64,000 bases of DNA, from NCBI GenBank assembly GCA_964016885.1, contig OZ024745.1:113026001-113090000 (forward strand), read 5' to 3'. The position numbers and the translations under genes are program-made. Within the stretch, counting starts at the first letter, position 1; the number at the start of each line of letters is the position of its first letter. A model generated the notes under the pieces. The model made no database searches. It had not been told where the DNA came from and saw only the letters and a program-made list of their open reading frames with translations. This document shows positions 1 through 13,402 of this stretch, in pieces. The stretch is from Eledone cirrhosa. Taxonomy: Eukaryota.

Positions 1-134
1 ATGGCCGTTGACTGCTGAGTTCCTCCACCCTTTGCCGGGTCTTGTATTCATTTCGCAGGGTGTCCAAATATCACCCTCCTCACCAAACTAGCTTGGTGGG
101 GTTGCCAGATTAGTCGCCAACGACACGACCATAC
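1..134 (-). mobile_element. Interspersed repeat fragment (related copy at ~34540-34670), probably LINE 5'UTR- or SINE-like
   Basis: The minus-strand 'gtcgttggcgactaatctggcaaccccacca...ttggtgaggagggtga' matches 34550-34625 'gtcgtcggcgactaaaccggcaacaccacca...ttggtgaggaaggtga'. Confidence 0.55.
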
Positions 135-340
<206 letters not shown>

Positions 341-668
341 CAAAAGTAATAGTGTTTTCAAAATTAACAGATGCTCTATTGTCTAGCGACGTTACAAGTC
401 GAGTTAATTATGGTTGTCTCCGTTCGCTCAATGAAACAAGAAACGAATTCTTGTATCAGTGTTTTCTTTTAGAATTCAGTCGAACAACAGAGTATGAACA
501 AAGCCAATACGACAAATTAATAGTTACCAAGACGAATGTGGTTTCTTATGCATCACTATTCTACAGGGAATTACGTAATCACGTTATCAAGGGCTGGTGC
601 ATCAATATCAGCTGGATTTGCCCTTAATTCCCAAAAGGTCTTGCCATTTTGGGTACTACTCACACACT

Positions 669-701
<33 letters not shown>

Positions 702-1040
702 TACAATCTGTGCACATTATTTATCATCTCATATGCAGGTTTATAAATATTTCTGTCTCTTTCTATGTTTCTTCATATATGTAGCATGTATTATATTTCA
801 CTAATTCCCATTCTACCACACATTGTTTATCACTAATACACTTCCGATTCTCTTTAATGTCAAGAATTCCAGAAACATTGATATCTTTAGTTAAATGTTT
901 TGTGGTTTAGATATTCAAATAGAGTCAACAAAACAAAATGTATTTGAAAATATATCAATGTTACGTACATCCATGCACAAACACACACACGTGCTGAACT
1001 GCACTTTATTACCACTCGTTAAAAAGAGTAGTAGAATCAT

Positions 1041-1256
1041 TGGAGTAGTAGAATCATTAGAGCCCCGGAGAAAATTGTTTTGGGCCTTTAGTTAAGGTCC
1101 TTTACATTCTGAGTTCAAATCCCGCCGAGGTCAACTTTGTCTTTTATCCTTTCAGGTGTCAATAAAATAAAGTACCAATAAAGTATTGGAGTCGATTTGA
1201 TTGATTGTTCCATCCTCCAAAATTGCAGACCATGCGCCTAATTTAGAAATCATTAT
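1041..1256 (+). mobile_element. tRNA-derived SINE family A, diverged copy
   Basis: B-box-like gagttcaaatccc followed by the family core aactttg.ctttcatcc...ataaaataaagtacc. Confidence 0.8.
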
Positions 1257-1575
1257 CTCTCTAGAAAGATCTACCATACTCAAAGCGCACAAATATATTA
1301 TTATCTTACCATTCAGAGTAAATGGTAGTTACAGCTGGAAAATACACCAGTATCCGATGCTCTCTACGAACTCTGAGTAGCTTGCGCCCTTAAATGAAAT
1401 TAGTTTAAGCCTATTTGCAAGATCTAAAATAACATTTCGCATCCTGTAACAATATGTTTTCGCCTATGTTTAATTCCAGCAGAAAGCGATGTAAGGAGAG
1501 CGCTGCCTCGATAACAACAATCAGTCAGAAACAATCGTCGGTAGTTTAACCAGCTTGCTTCAGCTGGAATTCGTG

Positions 1576-1692
1576 AGATGGATTTTAATACATTGAAACC
1601 GGTAATTTTTTCATACACTTTATATACTTCATATAAAAGTTAAAAAAAAAGAATTGTCCCTCTTTTTTTTAATAACAATATCTTTTCAATAA

Positions 1693-1768
<76 letters not shown>

Positions 1769-1882
1769 ATTGAAAAGATATTGTTATTAAAAAAAGAGGG
1801 ACAATTCATTTTTTAAAACTTTTATATGAAGTATATAAAGTGTATGAAAATATTACCGGTTTCAATGTATTAAAATCCATCT
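1576..1882. repeat. Long palindrome centred on a (TA)n tract
   Basis: 1576-1694 is the near-perfect reverse complement of 1765-1882, and the spacer is a self-complementary (TA)n. Confidence 0.95.
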
Positions 1883-2401
1883 TGTCAAATTCAGTGAAAA
1901 ATGTTAATTAAAAAGGTAGTAACAGAAAGGTTTAAAATTAAAATTAAAATCAAAAACGAATGTTTGAGCAAAATTTCTTGCATCATGCCTTTTGAAAAGT
2001 TGGCATGGAATGAGGCCAAGTTGTTTTGTTTAATCTAGTGGTCAATAGTTCAAAAGGGCGTAGGAGATTGTAGGAGTTGACTACTGTTGTAGGAGCTGAC
2101 TACTGTGGTGGGTTGGCATGTGTATATACCCCCCCCCCCACACACGTATATATATACATATATATACGTATATACGTATATATACGTATATGCGTATATA
2201 TATATATTTATATATATATATACGTATATGCGTATATATATATATTTATATATATATATACAAATACGTATATATATACGCATATATATATATATATACA
2301 TACATACATACACACACACACACATATATATATATACACGTATATACGTATATATATATATATTTATATATACATATATATATACATACATACACACACA
2401 A

Positions 2402-2440
<39 letters not shown>

Positions 2441-2526
2441 AACATATATATATAAACATATATATATATATATATATATATGTATAAAAGAAAATTTCGC
2501 TCTAGATAGCTGAATACAATACATAT

Positions 2527-3122
2527 GATCTGAGTTTATCGAATATTAATAATTGTTTCTACTTTAGGCACAAGGCCACCAAATACCCAGTGCATTACTG
2601 GTACTTTATTTTATCGACCCCGTAAGGATGAAAGGCAAAGTCAACCTAGGCGGGATTTGAACTCAGATCGTAAAGGGACGTAACTATGCTGGAAAGCATG
2701 GCGTCCGACCCTCTACCGATACTAACATTGGATTCGTTTGCAATTATGCAAACAAGCCTCAATTTTATAGACATATTCTGTTCGCATGCCAACACAAGAG
2801 CAATAATGAAGGGTTCATTATTGCTCTTGACATGGTTATACAATTGAGGCTTGTTTGCATAATTGCAAACGAATCGAATGTTATTATTATTAATATTATT
2901 ATTAATAAGGGCGGTGGATTGGCAGTATCGGTAGAGGGTCGGTCGCCATGCTTTCCAGCATAGTTACGTCCCTTTACGATCTGAGTTCAAATCCCGCTGA
3001 GGTTGACTTTGCCTTTCATCCTTACGGGGTCGATAAAATAAAGTACCAGTAATGCACTGGGTAATTGCTGGCCTTGTGCCTAAAGTAGAAACAATTGTTA
3101 TTAATATTCGCAAAACTCAGAT
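2527..3122. repeat. Inverted duplication containing two opposite SINE-A copies (2551-2723 minus, 2909-3096 plus) plus flanks
   Basis: The inversion includes non-SINE flanks: atctgagttt..gaatattaat outside and gattcgtttgcaattatgcaaacaagcctcaatt inside. Spacer is ~2765-2841. Confidence 0.9.
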
Positions 3123-5297
3123 TACATATATAAATATATATATATGATATCGAGGAAATTTTCCGTTTCAGCTTTCTTTACAAATTGCTGCAGGCGAATA
3201 AATAACAAACCAAGGCAATATACTTCTTTCAATATACTTACTTAATGATCTCTATATCTGTAGACAGGCCGTTACTGCATCATGTGATTCTTCAATGCAG
3301 ACGTTATAGGTGTGCATAAATTACTTGCTTACAAAAAACAACAACACAACATTCCTGAAAAGTTTTTCTTTCCTATAAAAGCAAATTTTATAAGCAAATT
3401 CTATTTTTAGAACAAAGAAACTTCATTTGAACAGTACGACTTCTATTGGTGTGAAGATGGTTAAGATACAAAAAACTCACAAACGGTCGTCAAGACAAAG
3501 GCCCAGGAACGCTATTCTCTCATTCATCGTTCGGACATCCCTTCACCACAAAAATACACACATAACCCCTCCTCTCAACAGAAAGGCTCAAATAGCCAAA
3601 ACCAAGGGAAATAGGCTAAAATAGTTGTTTTCTCCAATATTTGAACACCAGATCCAGTCCTTTAGCTGGGAAAGGAATTAAGCACCATTTAAACTCACTT
3701 TGTTCTGAAGTAAACGTAATATTTTCTTTGTCTTTCTTTTTCTGAAAATGGTTGTATTATTTATTCATAAAAATAATGTACCATTAATGCACTAGGGTCG
3801 ATTTAATCGACTTCCTCTCTCCCCAAAATGTTGGCATTCTGCTTAAATCAGAAACCATCATTCATTAATAGAAATCAATTCATATTATGGTAAAGTACAA
3901 TAGACGGATGTATTTCCTAATTTCCTAATTTTTTCCTTATGCTAAGCGACAGTAAAGATGTTCGATGATTGCATGGGACGTATTTGTCTACTCAATATTG
4001 TTCTCAATCGCAACGCCAGGAAATATAACGAAATGAAGTTGAATGGGAGAAAAGGAAACTCTTTGGTAGAAAACGATCTTCAAAATTATCTATCAACGTT
4101 CATCTAAAAATGTTTTTGATCAAAATTCTATTCTGAATGAGGTTATCGATAGTTTTTTTCCGAATATGTACACCATTCTTGTGATGAAGTGGTTTTATCA
4201 GATTGATCAGACAATGCCATAATTTCTAGACATTTTACAATAGCTTAATAATGATCAAAATCATATTTTACGCCACTCACCCAGACAAACCTATTAAAGT
4301 CGTATTTATAAGTTGACTTATGTTAATATGTAAGACATAAATAATACGAAGGAAATATGTCTTCTTTCATAACAATTATCTTGCTACAAGCAATTTAAGT
4401 TCTGTCATACTTGAGTAGTCCCCAGAGAGGTCATTAGTATTCGATATAAAAGCATTTATCAGTTAGTTGTATGTGAAACTGAATCGATCGGAAGGTCACA
4501 TCATTTGTGAATAAAGTTCATGTCATTTAACAAAGCTATTTGATAACTCAACACATCATTAGATATATCATGAGTTAAAAGTTTTCTTTAAATAGAGCAG
4601 AAGCATGAGAGTGAATTGCCTCGTGATATTTATTTCAATGCTGTAGGCTCTGAGTTTAAATTCTGCTGAAGTGGACTTCATCTTTCATAATTCTAGGATA
4701 GATAAATAAATTAGAAGTCTAGGGTGGTGGACTGGAGAAATCCTCTTTGATCTAGCTCTTGGTGTTCTGAGTTCAAATCCCATCCTAGCGCCTATTTAGG
4801 GAAGACTTAATCCGTTGCTTGGTTTGACAACCCGATATGGCCTTTGGATACCTTTAGTGGAATCTACTCTGTGGCAAACATTCTAGCAGGAGCACTGAAC
4901 TGAGAACATCTTTCTCCCTCCCACTAATCTCAGAGGGTCTGAAAAGGATTTGGGGCACCACTTTTCCTCCTGATTAAACAGCTAAAAATAATTACCTTTT
5001 ACATTTTCTTATCTCATCATCTCTCGAATTGAACCTGATCAGCTAGAAATCCGGAAATGAAATACGGGTTAAACTTTACTTATCCAGTTTATTTAGAACC
5101 ATATAGATGACTGAGTAGTGGATCTTCTAGTGAGAAGTTGGGTGTAAAATGTAGATATATCGCATATACTATAGTTTTTATTGGACAACAACAGAACTTG
5201 CAAAGATATAAACCAAGCGCATGCTTACTTGATTTTTTTTATTAAAAATAGTTATTCCTATAGCATTGCTGGATAAATAAGCAGGAAGTTATACACA

Positions 5298-5632
5298 AGC
5301 TACTATTGTGAGAACCAACTCACGAGAGACGTAGTAGAGGTCGACCTGCTCGAACCTTCATCGATCAACTCTCGGATGATACAAACCTTAGTTGGGAGCA
5401 TTTGCCAGGAGCAATGGAAAATCGTGAATAGTGGAGAGACTTTGTCAGGAATTTTCAACTGTGGTCGCAATGATGATGATATAATATATTGATAGAACAA
5501 AGGAAGGAATTGGAAGATCTTTTAGATATAAACCTCAGTAGGCAGCAGTTGTTAGGAGCAATGGAAAATCGTGAATTGTGGAGAGATTTTGTCAGGAATA
5601 TTCGATTGTGCTCGCAATGATGACGACGATGA
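5298..5632 (+). mobile_element. RTE-like LINE 3' fragment with internal tandem duplication
   Basis: Translates LLL*EPTHERRSRGRPARTFIDQLSDDT...AMENRE*WRDFV, the RTE-clade C-terminal 'RGRP...W' motif, and ends in a (GAT)n tail. The same duplicated structure recurs at 56440-56875. Confidence 0.75.
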
Positions 5633-6419
5633 TGTTATTCCTATGGAAGAAGAATAATTTACTGTCATAAAAATGAATATTAGAATATTTAAAGAAAAAG
5701 GGTTATTAATATATGAAATATTATGTAAAGATTATGTACACAAACTTTAATTTATTTATCCTTTAACTTTTACTGTATATTTACTTCTAAAATACATTCA
5801 TGTTTTTACATGCAATCTAATTCAACCTTGAATAATAAATGGGTTGCCTACATTTGGAGCATCTTGATCATCATGCAGGACACCTAGTTCCTCATCTGTA
5901 ATGTCTGGAGGTGAGAGAGGGACTAAGAAAAGGATCCTGGGTGTTAGTACAGGTATTACGTAGAACACGTTTGAAAGCAGAGGCGACGGAGACGAGTTCC
6001 AGCTAGATCTTCTCAACAAAATCTTCATACGGTTTAAATAGACAGCAAATCTCCGATATCCGAATGGTTAAATATCAGCAGACGGGCACCCATAAGTCAT
6101 GAACTGGATGCGGTCCGGCCACCTTAGAGTGTAAGAAGTTAAGGGCAGAAACATTTGCTTGAGGGGTTTTCTTCCCTGAAGACATGCTGTCAGCTCATCT
6201 GAGATTTTCTTTTTTACAATGATAACGTTATTGCGCAAGCGCTGCAATTATATCCGTTGCCAAACTTCATGCTCAACAATTTTCTCATATCAACTGTTGC
6301 CCCTCTCCACCATATACAATACTTACAATTTCTTCGTTATCCATTTTAGTAGTGGCTGGGGCATTCGTCGATGAAATCTGAAGCAGTAGTTTCTTCAACA
6401 CATTTCCTTTCACAAAGTA

Positions 6420-6720
6420 CACATGATTTTGATGGATTCTGTATTTATCTTAAAACTGCGAAACCAACCGTTTGTAAATTCAAATCCTTCTTGAATATTA
6501 AATTACTTATAACATATTTTAGCCTTTTGGTTATCCAGTTCTACATATATTCTCCCATCATCATTATAAACCTGCCGCTACCACTTGACAAGAGCTCTTT
6601 CCACCAATGTTTACTTTGCTTTCGTGAATTTTAATGCTTCTATAACATCCTTACTGTCGTCGTCAGCTCAGCATAAATTTTATGTTTTACTTTCGTTGTT
6701 TCTTAAATTATGCGCTGATG
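6420..6720 (-). mobile_element. Decayed Tigger/pogo transposase fragment (CENP-B-type HTH)
   Basis: Minus frame reads KAK*TLVERALVKW*RQ...QKAKICYK*FNIQEGFEFTNGWFRSFK, the pogo/Tigger 'F.AS.GW...FK' motif, with several stops. Confidence 0.75.
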
Positions 6721-9529
6721 ACGAATCTATACAACAGCAACAAAGACCGTACGTTGTGGTGGTCGTGAAAGATATAAGGCGCCGATAATTTCAGTTAGTT
6801 AAGCGGTGGTTATATAAATAAATGATCGTGACCAAATATAGAATATAAACACATACACACAAACAGACTCTGACACGAACACGCGAGCACACACCAGACA
6901 CATCTATGCGCAAACAGAGACATCCAAAAACGAAAGAAAGTTATAGAAATACAACGGGAGGAAATACAGCGATAATCACTGAAGATGTCACAAAAATGTG
7001 TGGCGAAAGAACTTTGATAAATCATATTTATATTTATATTTTTAACTGTTGGTCAATCAATGATAAACATTGATTGTCAACTAAATTATTTATAAAAATA
7101 TACTGAAGTGAAAACCAAACCAAACAATGAGTGTGTTTTACTATATTTTAACAATATTAGGACAACATGATCCTCCTCAAATATAACGATATCTGTTTCA
7201 ACACACGATTTCATATAAAAAACCTTGAAAAACAAATACATCACCGATATTATTTATTGGTACGTATGTTGGAGCAAGAAAACCATGGGTGACAACATGG
7301 GATTGAACATATAGAAATACATAAGAAATAATATTTTGTAGGACACTCAATCTTAGACCACCATCTCTATTCCTAATGCTCACATGCACTGATCTACACA
7401 ACAGGAAATTACTTGGACTACCCAGGGGGCGTAACTCACTGAAGGTGTATGAGTATCAAAGTAGAAAAGAGGGTCTCCTATGCATCTAAGAGGATGTGTT
7501 AAATTGCTCTTTTACAAATAAATTAATTTAAAAGTATAAAGATCCCTCTTACATGTTTATTCCCAAAAGTATAGCCAATCAATAGCTTTCTTGCTAATCA
7601 AGCTAGGAAACACACCACTCTTGGTCATCTATTATACCAACCAGCTTTGACTCGATTAACAACGGCATGACTCATGAACAGGTTAGGTTTAGATAGCTAA
7701 CAACAAATATGTTAATAGTCATGTTATGTGTTGTCTTGTTAACTGTATTTTTCCGCCTTTGGTTTTATGTCAGTATAAAAACATAGACTACATATGTTGG
7801 TGTTACGGTCACACAATGATTTAACAAAACTGAAACCTATGTGTAGGTATAGAATGTGGGAGATGTTTTGTACAGAATGTGGTGCTGTTGAATGACAGAT
7901 GAAAGGTAATAAAAAGTAAAGGTTACAGTAAAATTAGCTTAATTTTGTCATCACGTGCTTTCAAATAGTAGCGCAATAAATGTGATTAATTATGAAATAT
8001 AGTACAATATTACATACAATTAATTATAATACACATTTTCATCTCAAAATACATAATTAAATCATAGATAATCGGCATCGGCGGATAAAGCAAGGCAGAT
8101 TAATCAGTAATCGTTAGTCTGCTAACATATGTAATACATACGCACACACACATACACTCCCTCACACCCACTCACACACATATATATCCTAATTCTATTC
8201 TATTCTATATATATATGTATGTCTAGGTAGATAGATAGATAGATACTGCAATAATAGTTGCGTTTTCGAAATTATTCAATATCCTTCCAGATGGCAACAC
8301 AAATCGAACTAATGACGGTTGCTGCCCACTTATCGAATGAGACAAGAAATAGGTTCTTGAATTAAAACGACTCATTAGATTTAGCGGTGAGACAATGATA
8401 CATGAACAAAACAAAAAGGAATTAATTAATAAAATTGATAATTACCCAAAGCACGCGGAATCTATTGCACCTAATGTTTATTGCATTTGCAGTAGGAAGT
8501 GTATATCGACAGTGAATTGCAGAAGTAATTTCGGACAGGCGTATCGTCTTCAGTAGGGTTTCTTCGATATTCCCAAGCTGAACACAATAGCTGAAATACC
8601 GCTCTCAGATCTGTGTATGTGTATGTGAGTATGTGTGTGTGGAGAGAGGGTTTGTGTGTGCGTGTGTGTGTGTGTGTCTGTCTGCTCAGGCGAAAGGAAA
8701 CGAAGGAGGGACAAAAATAAGAAAGAAAATAGGAAAAATCTGGCATCTCCATGTCTAATTGTATTCTAGGATGGAACGAACGCTTGAAGTAATCCTGTGA
8801 AATTATAGAAATTCACAATATATTAGATACTGGATATTCAATATAAACTAAAGAAAGAAAATGAAATTCAGACCGATATAATGCATTATGAGTACAACTG
8901 CAAGTAAAAACTTCTATATAACAAGCACAAAAACCGATATAGAATTTTAAGTATTTGTGTGCAATTGTATTTATAAAGCATTAAGACTTCAAAGTAGATA
9001 TATGTAGTTATTTCGGAGTTGTACATGCTTGGCAAGTTACTTGATCTGATATCATCTATTGAAAGGGAAACAATTAGATATAGGAACGGTCATGATGTCC
9101 ATTTGAAACTGCTCATATACCGTTACATTCAACTATCATAAAGTAAAGTCTTATCTTATATCTACGATTTTTATCACTGACATAATTTCGCAGCATCTCT
9201 AATGACATAAAATAATCTATAATTCCATAGTCATATATCAGTGTGTATTTTGAGATGAAACGTTTGAAATATAATACAAAGAAAATATACATGATGGATA
9301 TAGTTGCTAAATGTGTAGCGTCTGAATACAGAAGTCAATCTGTCTATCTATTTATCTATCTATCTACATTTGTGATAAAACTATTTGTGATAAAACTATT
9401 TCTATATTTTTATATATAGATTATATTCCTAAATTCTATGTAAATATATACCATTATTTTAACATGTATACAATTGATTGTATAACATGAATATCAGTGT
9501 TGTTCTTAAACACACACACACACGCATAA

Positions 9530-9633
<104 letters not shown>

Positions 9634-10429
9634 GTATGTATATATTATTAAGCAGAAAACCGAAAGAACGTTAAGAATATATTTTGTCATAGCTATTCAA
9701 AACATTTCCAATAATATATCTGTCATTATTTTATTTGTCTGGAAAGTCATGTGATCACTCCGAGATGATTTTCTAATTTATTGCATATTTCTTCGAAATC
9801 TATTATTGATTCACTCTTGAAATTATTTATTAATTCATTGATTTTCTTCTTGACCTACTGAAAATCTGAAGTATATTTTATTTATCTACAGCTTCCATAA
9901 TCCTTTGAGCGATTTTTTCCCAAGAAGATTTACCTATATTGGAAGTGCTTAACATATCTGTTAATATATTGATGAGGTAGTAGGTTTTGTTTCTTCGATA
10001 TACTTTTGGATATATTTACATATCTCAGAGAATGAATATAGAAGATACTACAAAGTAACAACATTATGCATATTTTTGCAGATTTTATTTTCCCTGGGAA
10101 GAACTATCTTTTCCGTTAGCATTCTGTTTTTTAAACCTTTTTTCCTTATGTATATTTGTTTTGTTTCTTCTATCCATACATAAGATGATAGCGGTAGTTT
10201 ATCAGAATTTACGAAGAGAATCATAAAAAATTTAAAGGTTTATGCATAGCTGAGATGAGTCTCATACAGAAATACTTTAATAAATCTACAATATACCCAA
10301 CTTTTGCGTTAGAAATCTTTAATAAATGATTTTGCTACATCAACATGTTCTCCTTGTAACACTAGACTACGCCACCATCTGAGTGAGTGGATCAATATAT
10401 ATGTATGATCGTGTAATTCCTGAAGGAAT

Positions 10430-10746
10430 CGTAGGAGTGCCATATTGACATTCATCGTTTCTAGGGCATTTGCTTTTAAAACCTGGCGGAATCCATCTCC
10501 TCTCCAGGTCTGAATACACCAGATTTCTTTCAGAGAAGGTTAAAAGGTATTAGAGACAGAGAGGAAGTGAGAAAGAGATATAGAAGAAGAATCGACCCCA
10601 GTGCTTTACTGGTAACGTTTTATCGACCTCGAATGGATGAAAGGCAAAGTTGACTGCAACGGTATTTGAACTCAGAGCGCAAAGAGCGGAAACGAATGCC
10701 ACAAAACATTCCATCCAACGTTCTACCGACTCTGCCAATCCCCGCC
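10430..10746 (-). mobile_element. SINE-A-related variant with an extended 3' tail (second copy at 20770-21080)
   Basis: The SINE-A head and core are joined to a tail 'ccatctcctctccag.t.tgaatac..cagatttc' shared by both copies. Confidence 0.75.
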
Positions 10747-11140
10747 TGAATGGACCAGTACTTATCTATTTACTATGGCTATTCACACAAGCTCTTTACT
10801 CCTCTGTTCAGTTTTAACGCACTGATAGATATTACTGGTCTTGCTATACTTTATAATAATTGTTTCTACTTTTGGCACAAGGCCAGCAATTACCCAGTAC
10901 ATTACTGGTACTTTATTTTATCGACCTCGTAAGGATGAAAGGCAAAGTTAAGCTCGACAGGATTTTAACTCAAACCGTAAAGGGACATTTATACAGCGGA
11001 ATGAATCGTCACATATATATTCACTTGGAACAATCCTATTCTCTTTATTAAGGGCACTGCCGATGAAGACGGGGATCCCAAGGCTTATATACACACACAC
11101 ACACACATACACAGACACACACACACATATATATATATAT

Positions 11141-11346
11141 GTCCGCCAGATACCCCTAAGTAACCATCTAGCAACATGTGATCAGGGAATATTTATAATA
11201 TTCCCATTCTACAAATTACACAGCCCAAGTGAAATCAAGAGAAAAATCAAAGAAAAGAATTTTATTGATAAATTCAAACCCAAGCTAAATGAACAATAAT
11301 AACGCTTAGGGGTATTACTTCTACTACCACTATGACTACGACCACT

Positions 11347-11379
<33 letters not shown>

Positions 11380-11760
11380 AATAATAATAATAAAAGTGAT
11401 GTTGATGGTGATGATTAATAGAAAATGCTATTTTCATCATTTCTAAAAATAGCAAAACAATTGATGCTTTGGATATGATTAATTATTGGTCGTTAGACAT
11501 GCTCAACCAGCTGTGACGCTTAAACCAATCAGCTTTAGTAATTCAGTGAAACTACACACTGATTGGTCGAAATACAGTTTGCAGGGCTTAGCATTCTGGA
11601 GCCACTTTTCCCTGTATAAAATGTATGAAAGGTAGGAAATTTACCCATCTTATTACAGTTGAAAATTGCAAACTTGACTGCCACCACATATTATGAACCT
11701 GAAGATTGCGAAAGCATGAAAGTACTTGTTCAATTAACACTTAGAATTTAATATTCTATC
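11141..11760 (+). mobile_element. Penelope-like element 3' end (GIY-YIG C-terminus plus pLTR with hammerhead)
   Basis: VRQIPLSNHLATCDQGIFIIFPFYKL...RKIKEKNFIDKFKPKLN resembles the Penelope GIY-YIG tail 'R...E...I....P.LN'. A hammerhead lies downstream at 11694. Confidence 0.75.
11694..11732 (+). ncRNA. Minimal type I hammerhead ribozyme
   Basis: tgaac-CTGAAGA-ttgc gaaa gcat-GAAA-gtac (palindromic stem III)-TT-gttca. Stem I is tgaac/gttca. Confidence 0.75.
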
Positions 11761-11931
11761 ATACTATTTCATTATAATACATTATAAATTTTAAAGGATT
11801 GTAAATAAAACGAGTAAATCAGACAAAGTTGAAATTCCTCTTATTAATATAATCTTCTATACACAATCATACACACCCGTGTATATTTACCTATCTCTCT
11901 CTCTCTCTATATATATATTTAATATAGAAAA

Positions 11932-11982
11932 GGCTTCTACAGGACTAGAACTGTTTTATTCGGGAGAAATCATCAGGAAGCC
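11932..11982 (-). ncRNA. Type I hammerhead ribozyme with a core mutation (GAAA>AAAA); family shared with 45310 and 51016
   Basis: Minus strand: ggcttc-CTGATGA-tttctcccgaat-AAAA-cag ttctagtc ctg-TA-gaagcc. Confidence 0.6.
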
Positions 11983-12081
11983 CCTATATATCTATATATA
12001 TAATCATTTTCTAACCCAGAAAAAAGAGAGAAAGAAATAGAAAGGAAAAAAAAAAGATTTTTCTTCCGACTTTTTCTCCGT

Positions 12082-12188
<107 letters not shown>

Positions 12189-12265
12189 CATACATATATA
12201 TATATATAAACGGAAAAAATGAAACGAAATTTCATTTCCCACTCTTAGTACGGCTGTTACTTAAA

Positions 12266-12570
12266 TATAAGTATGTATACGTACATACATATATGTATAC
12301 AGACGTACAGTAGTATGTATATATATATACATACATGTACACATATATATATGTACGTATGGATTCACCGAACATTTATTATAATGCTCCGAACATTTAT
12401 TATAATGCTCGGCTTAATACGGGATGTTTGTTTACAAATACACCGAGCATTATAATAAATGTTCGGTGAATCCATACGTACATATATATATGTGTGCATG
12501 TATGTATATATATATATACATACTACTGTACGTCTGTATACATATATGTATATACGTATACATACTTATA
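12266..12570. repeat. Fold-back inverted duplication in a TA-rich tract
   Basis: 12266-12412 is the reverse complement of 12443-12570, with one extra 21-bp tandem copy in the left arm. Confidence 0.9.
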
Positions 12571-12571
12571 C

Positions 12572-12675
<104 letters not shown>

Positions 12676-12718
12676 CAATGATATTAATAAATGAAAACCG
12701 TATTTATAAAACCATATT

Positions 12719-12783
12719 TATTTTATTATATATATTTCAAGGGTACCAAAAGAAACTTTGGTACGCTCTCATCAGATAAAATA
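12719..12783 (-). ncRNA. Type I hammerhead ribozyme (Penelope pLTR type)
   Basis: Minus strand: tattttat-CTGATGA-gagcgtaccaaa..tttggtaccctt-GAAA-tatata-TA-ataaaata. Stem I is a perfect 8 bp and stem III is palindromic. Confidence 0.88.
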
Positions 12784-12906
12784 CAAAATTTGTTTTATAA
12801 ATAGTGACATACGCGAGAAACCAAACCTTATCGGTTCAGGTTCCATTTGGATAGTGAAAGAAAAAGAGAAAAAGAGTGGGAAATGAAATTTCGTTTCATT
12901 TTTTCC

Positions 12907-12942
<36 letters not shown>

Positions 12943-12944
<2 letters not shown>

Positions 12945-13402
12945 TCAGCCGGGGCTTTTCTATAATTCTTTCTCAATTCTTTTAAAATTAAGTCCTTATA
13001 TTTTGTTTTTTCTATCCCATATAAGTTGTTGGTTTTGTCTGATTTCACTAATATTTTATTTACTTTTTTTATATCAATAATTTTTTCTCTCAGACTTCTA
13101 AGGTATTCCTGGCCCTTATATGGGTTTTTCTTAAAATTTATCCTCCTTAATATATTAAAAATTTCATTTTCAAAATTTTCCAGGAGTTTGTTGTACGGAG
13201 GATTTTTCCTGGATTTAAAGATATTTTCGAAATTATTGTTGTTGTTTTTCCTATTTGTTTCTTTTTTCCTAAAATGAAAAGCACGCCACCTCAGTCTTCT
13301 TATGAAGGAGTTTGTTTGTCCAATAAGATTTCTCATGTATTCCCCTTTAGATGTTAAAGGTATATCTTTGAGAGATGTAGAAAACCTAAAGAATTCCATC
13401 AT
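12943..13402 (-). mobile_element. Penelope-like element ORF N-terminal region, truncated by (TA)n
   Basis: FSTSLKDIP..SKGEY...LI.QTNSFIRRLRWRAFHF...KSRKNPP...LENFENEI...ILVKSDKTNNLY...Y..L is the typical pre-RT region of Penelope-like elements. Hammerhead-bearing pLTRs flank it in opposite orientations. Confidence 0.85.

Noticed and set aside
2909-3000. tRNA-like A/B boxes
   Set aside because: These are SINE heads without a complete cloverleaf, so no true tRNA gene was called.
6715-6782. CTGATGA...GAAA hammerhead-like pattern
   Set aside because: Stems I and III and the NUH site do not form properly, and it overlaps the antisense of a decayed Tigger transposase.
8471-8610. Possible minus-strand terminal exon (LRAVFQLLCSAWEY...CKCNKH) or hammerhead CTGAAGA..GAAA
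   Set aside because: No recognisable domain or partner exons were found, and the hammerhead stem I does not close. It is probably a decayed repeat island.
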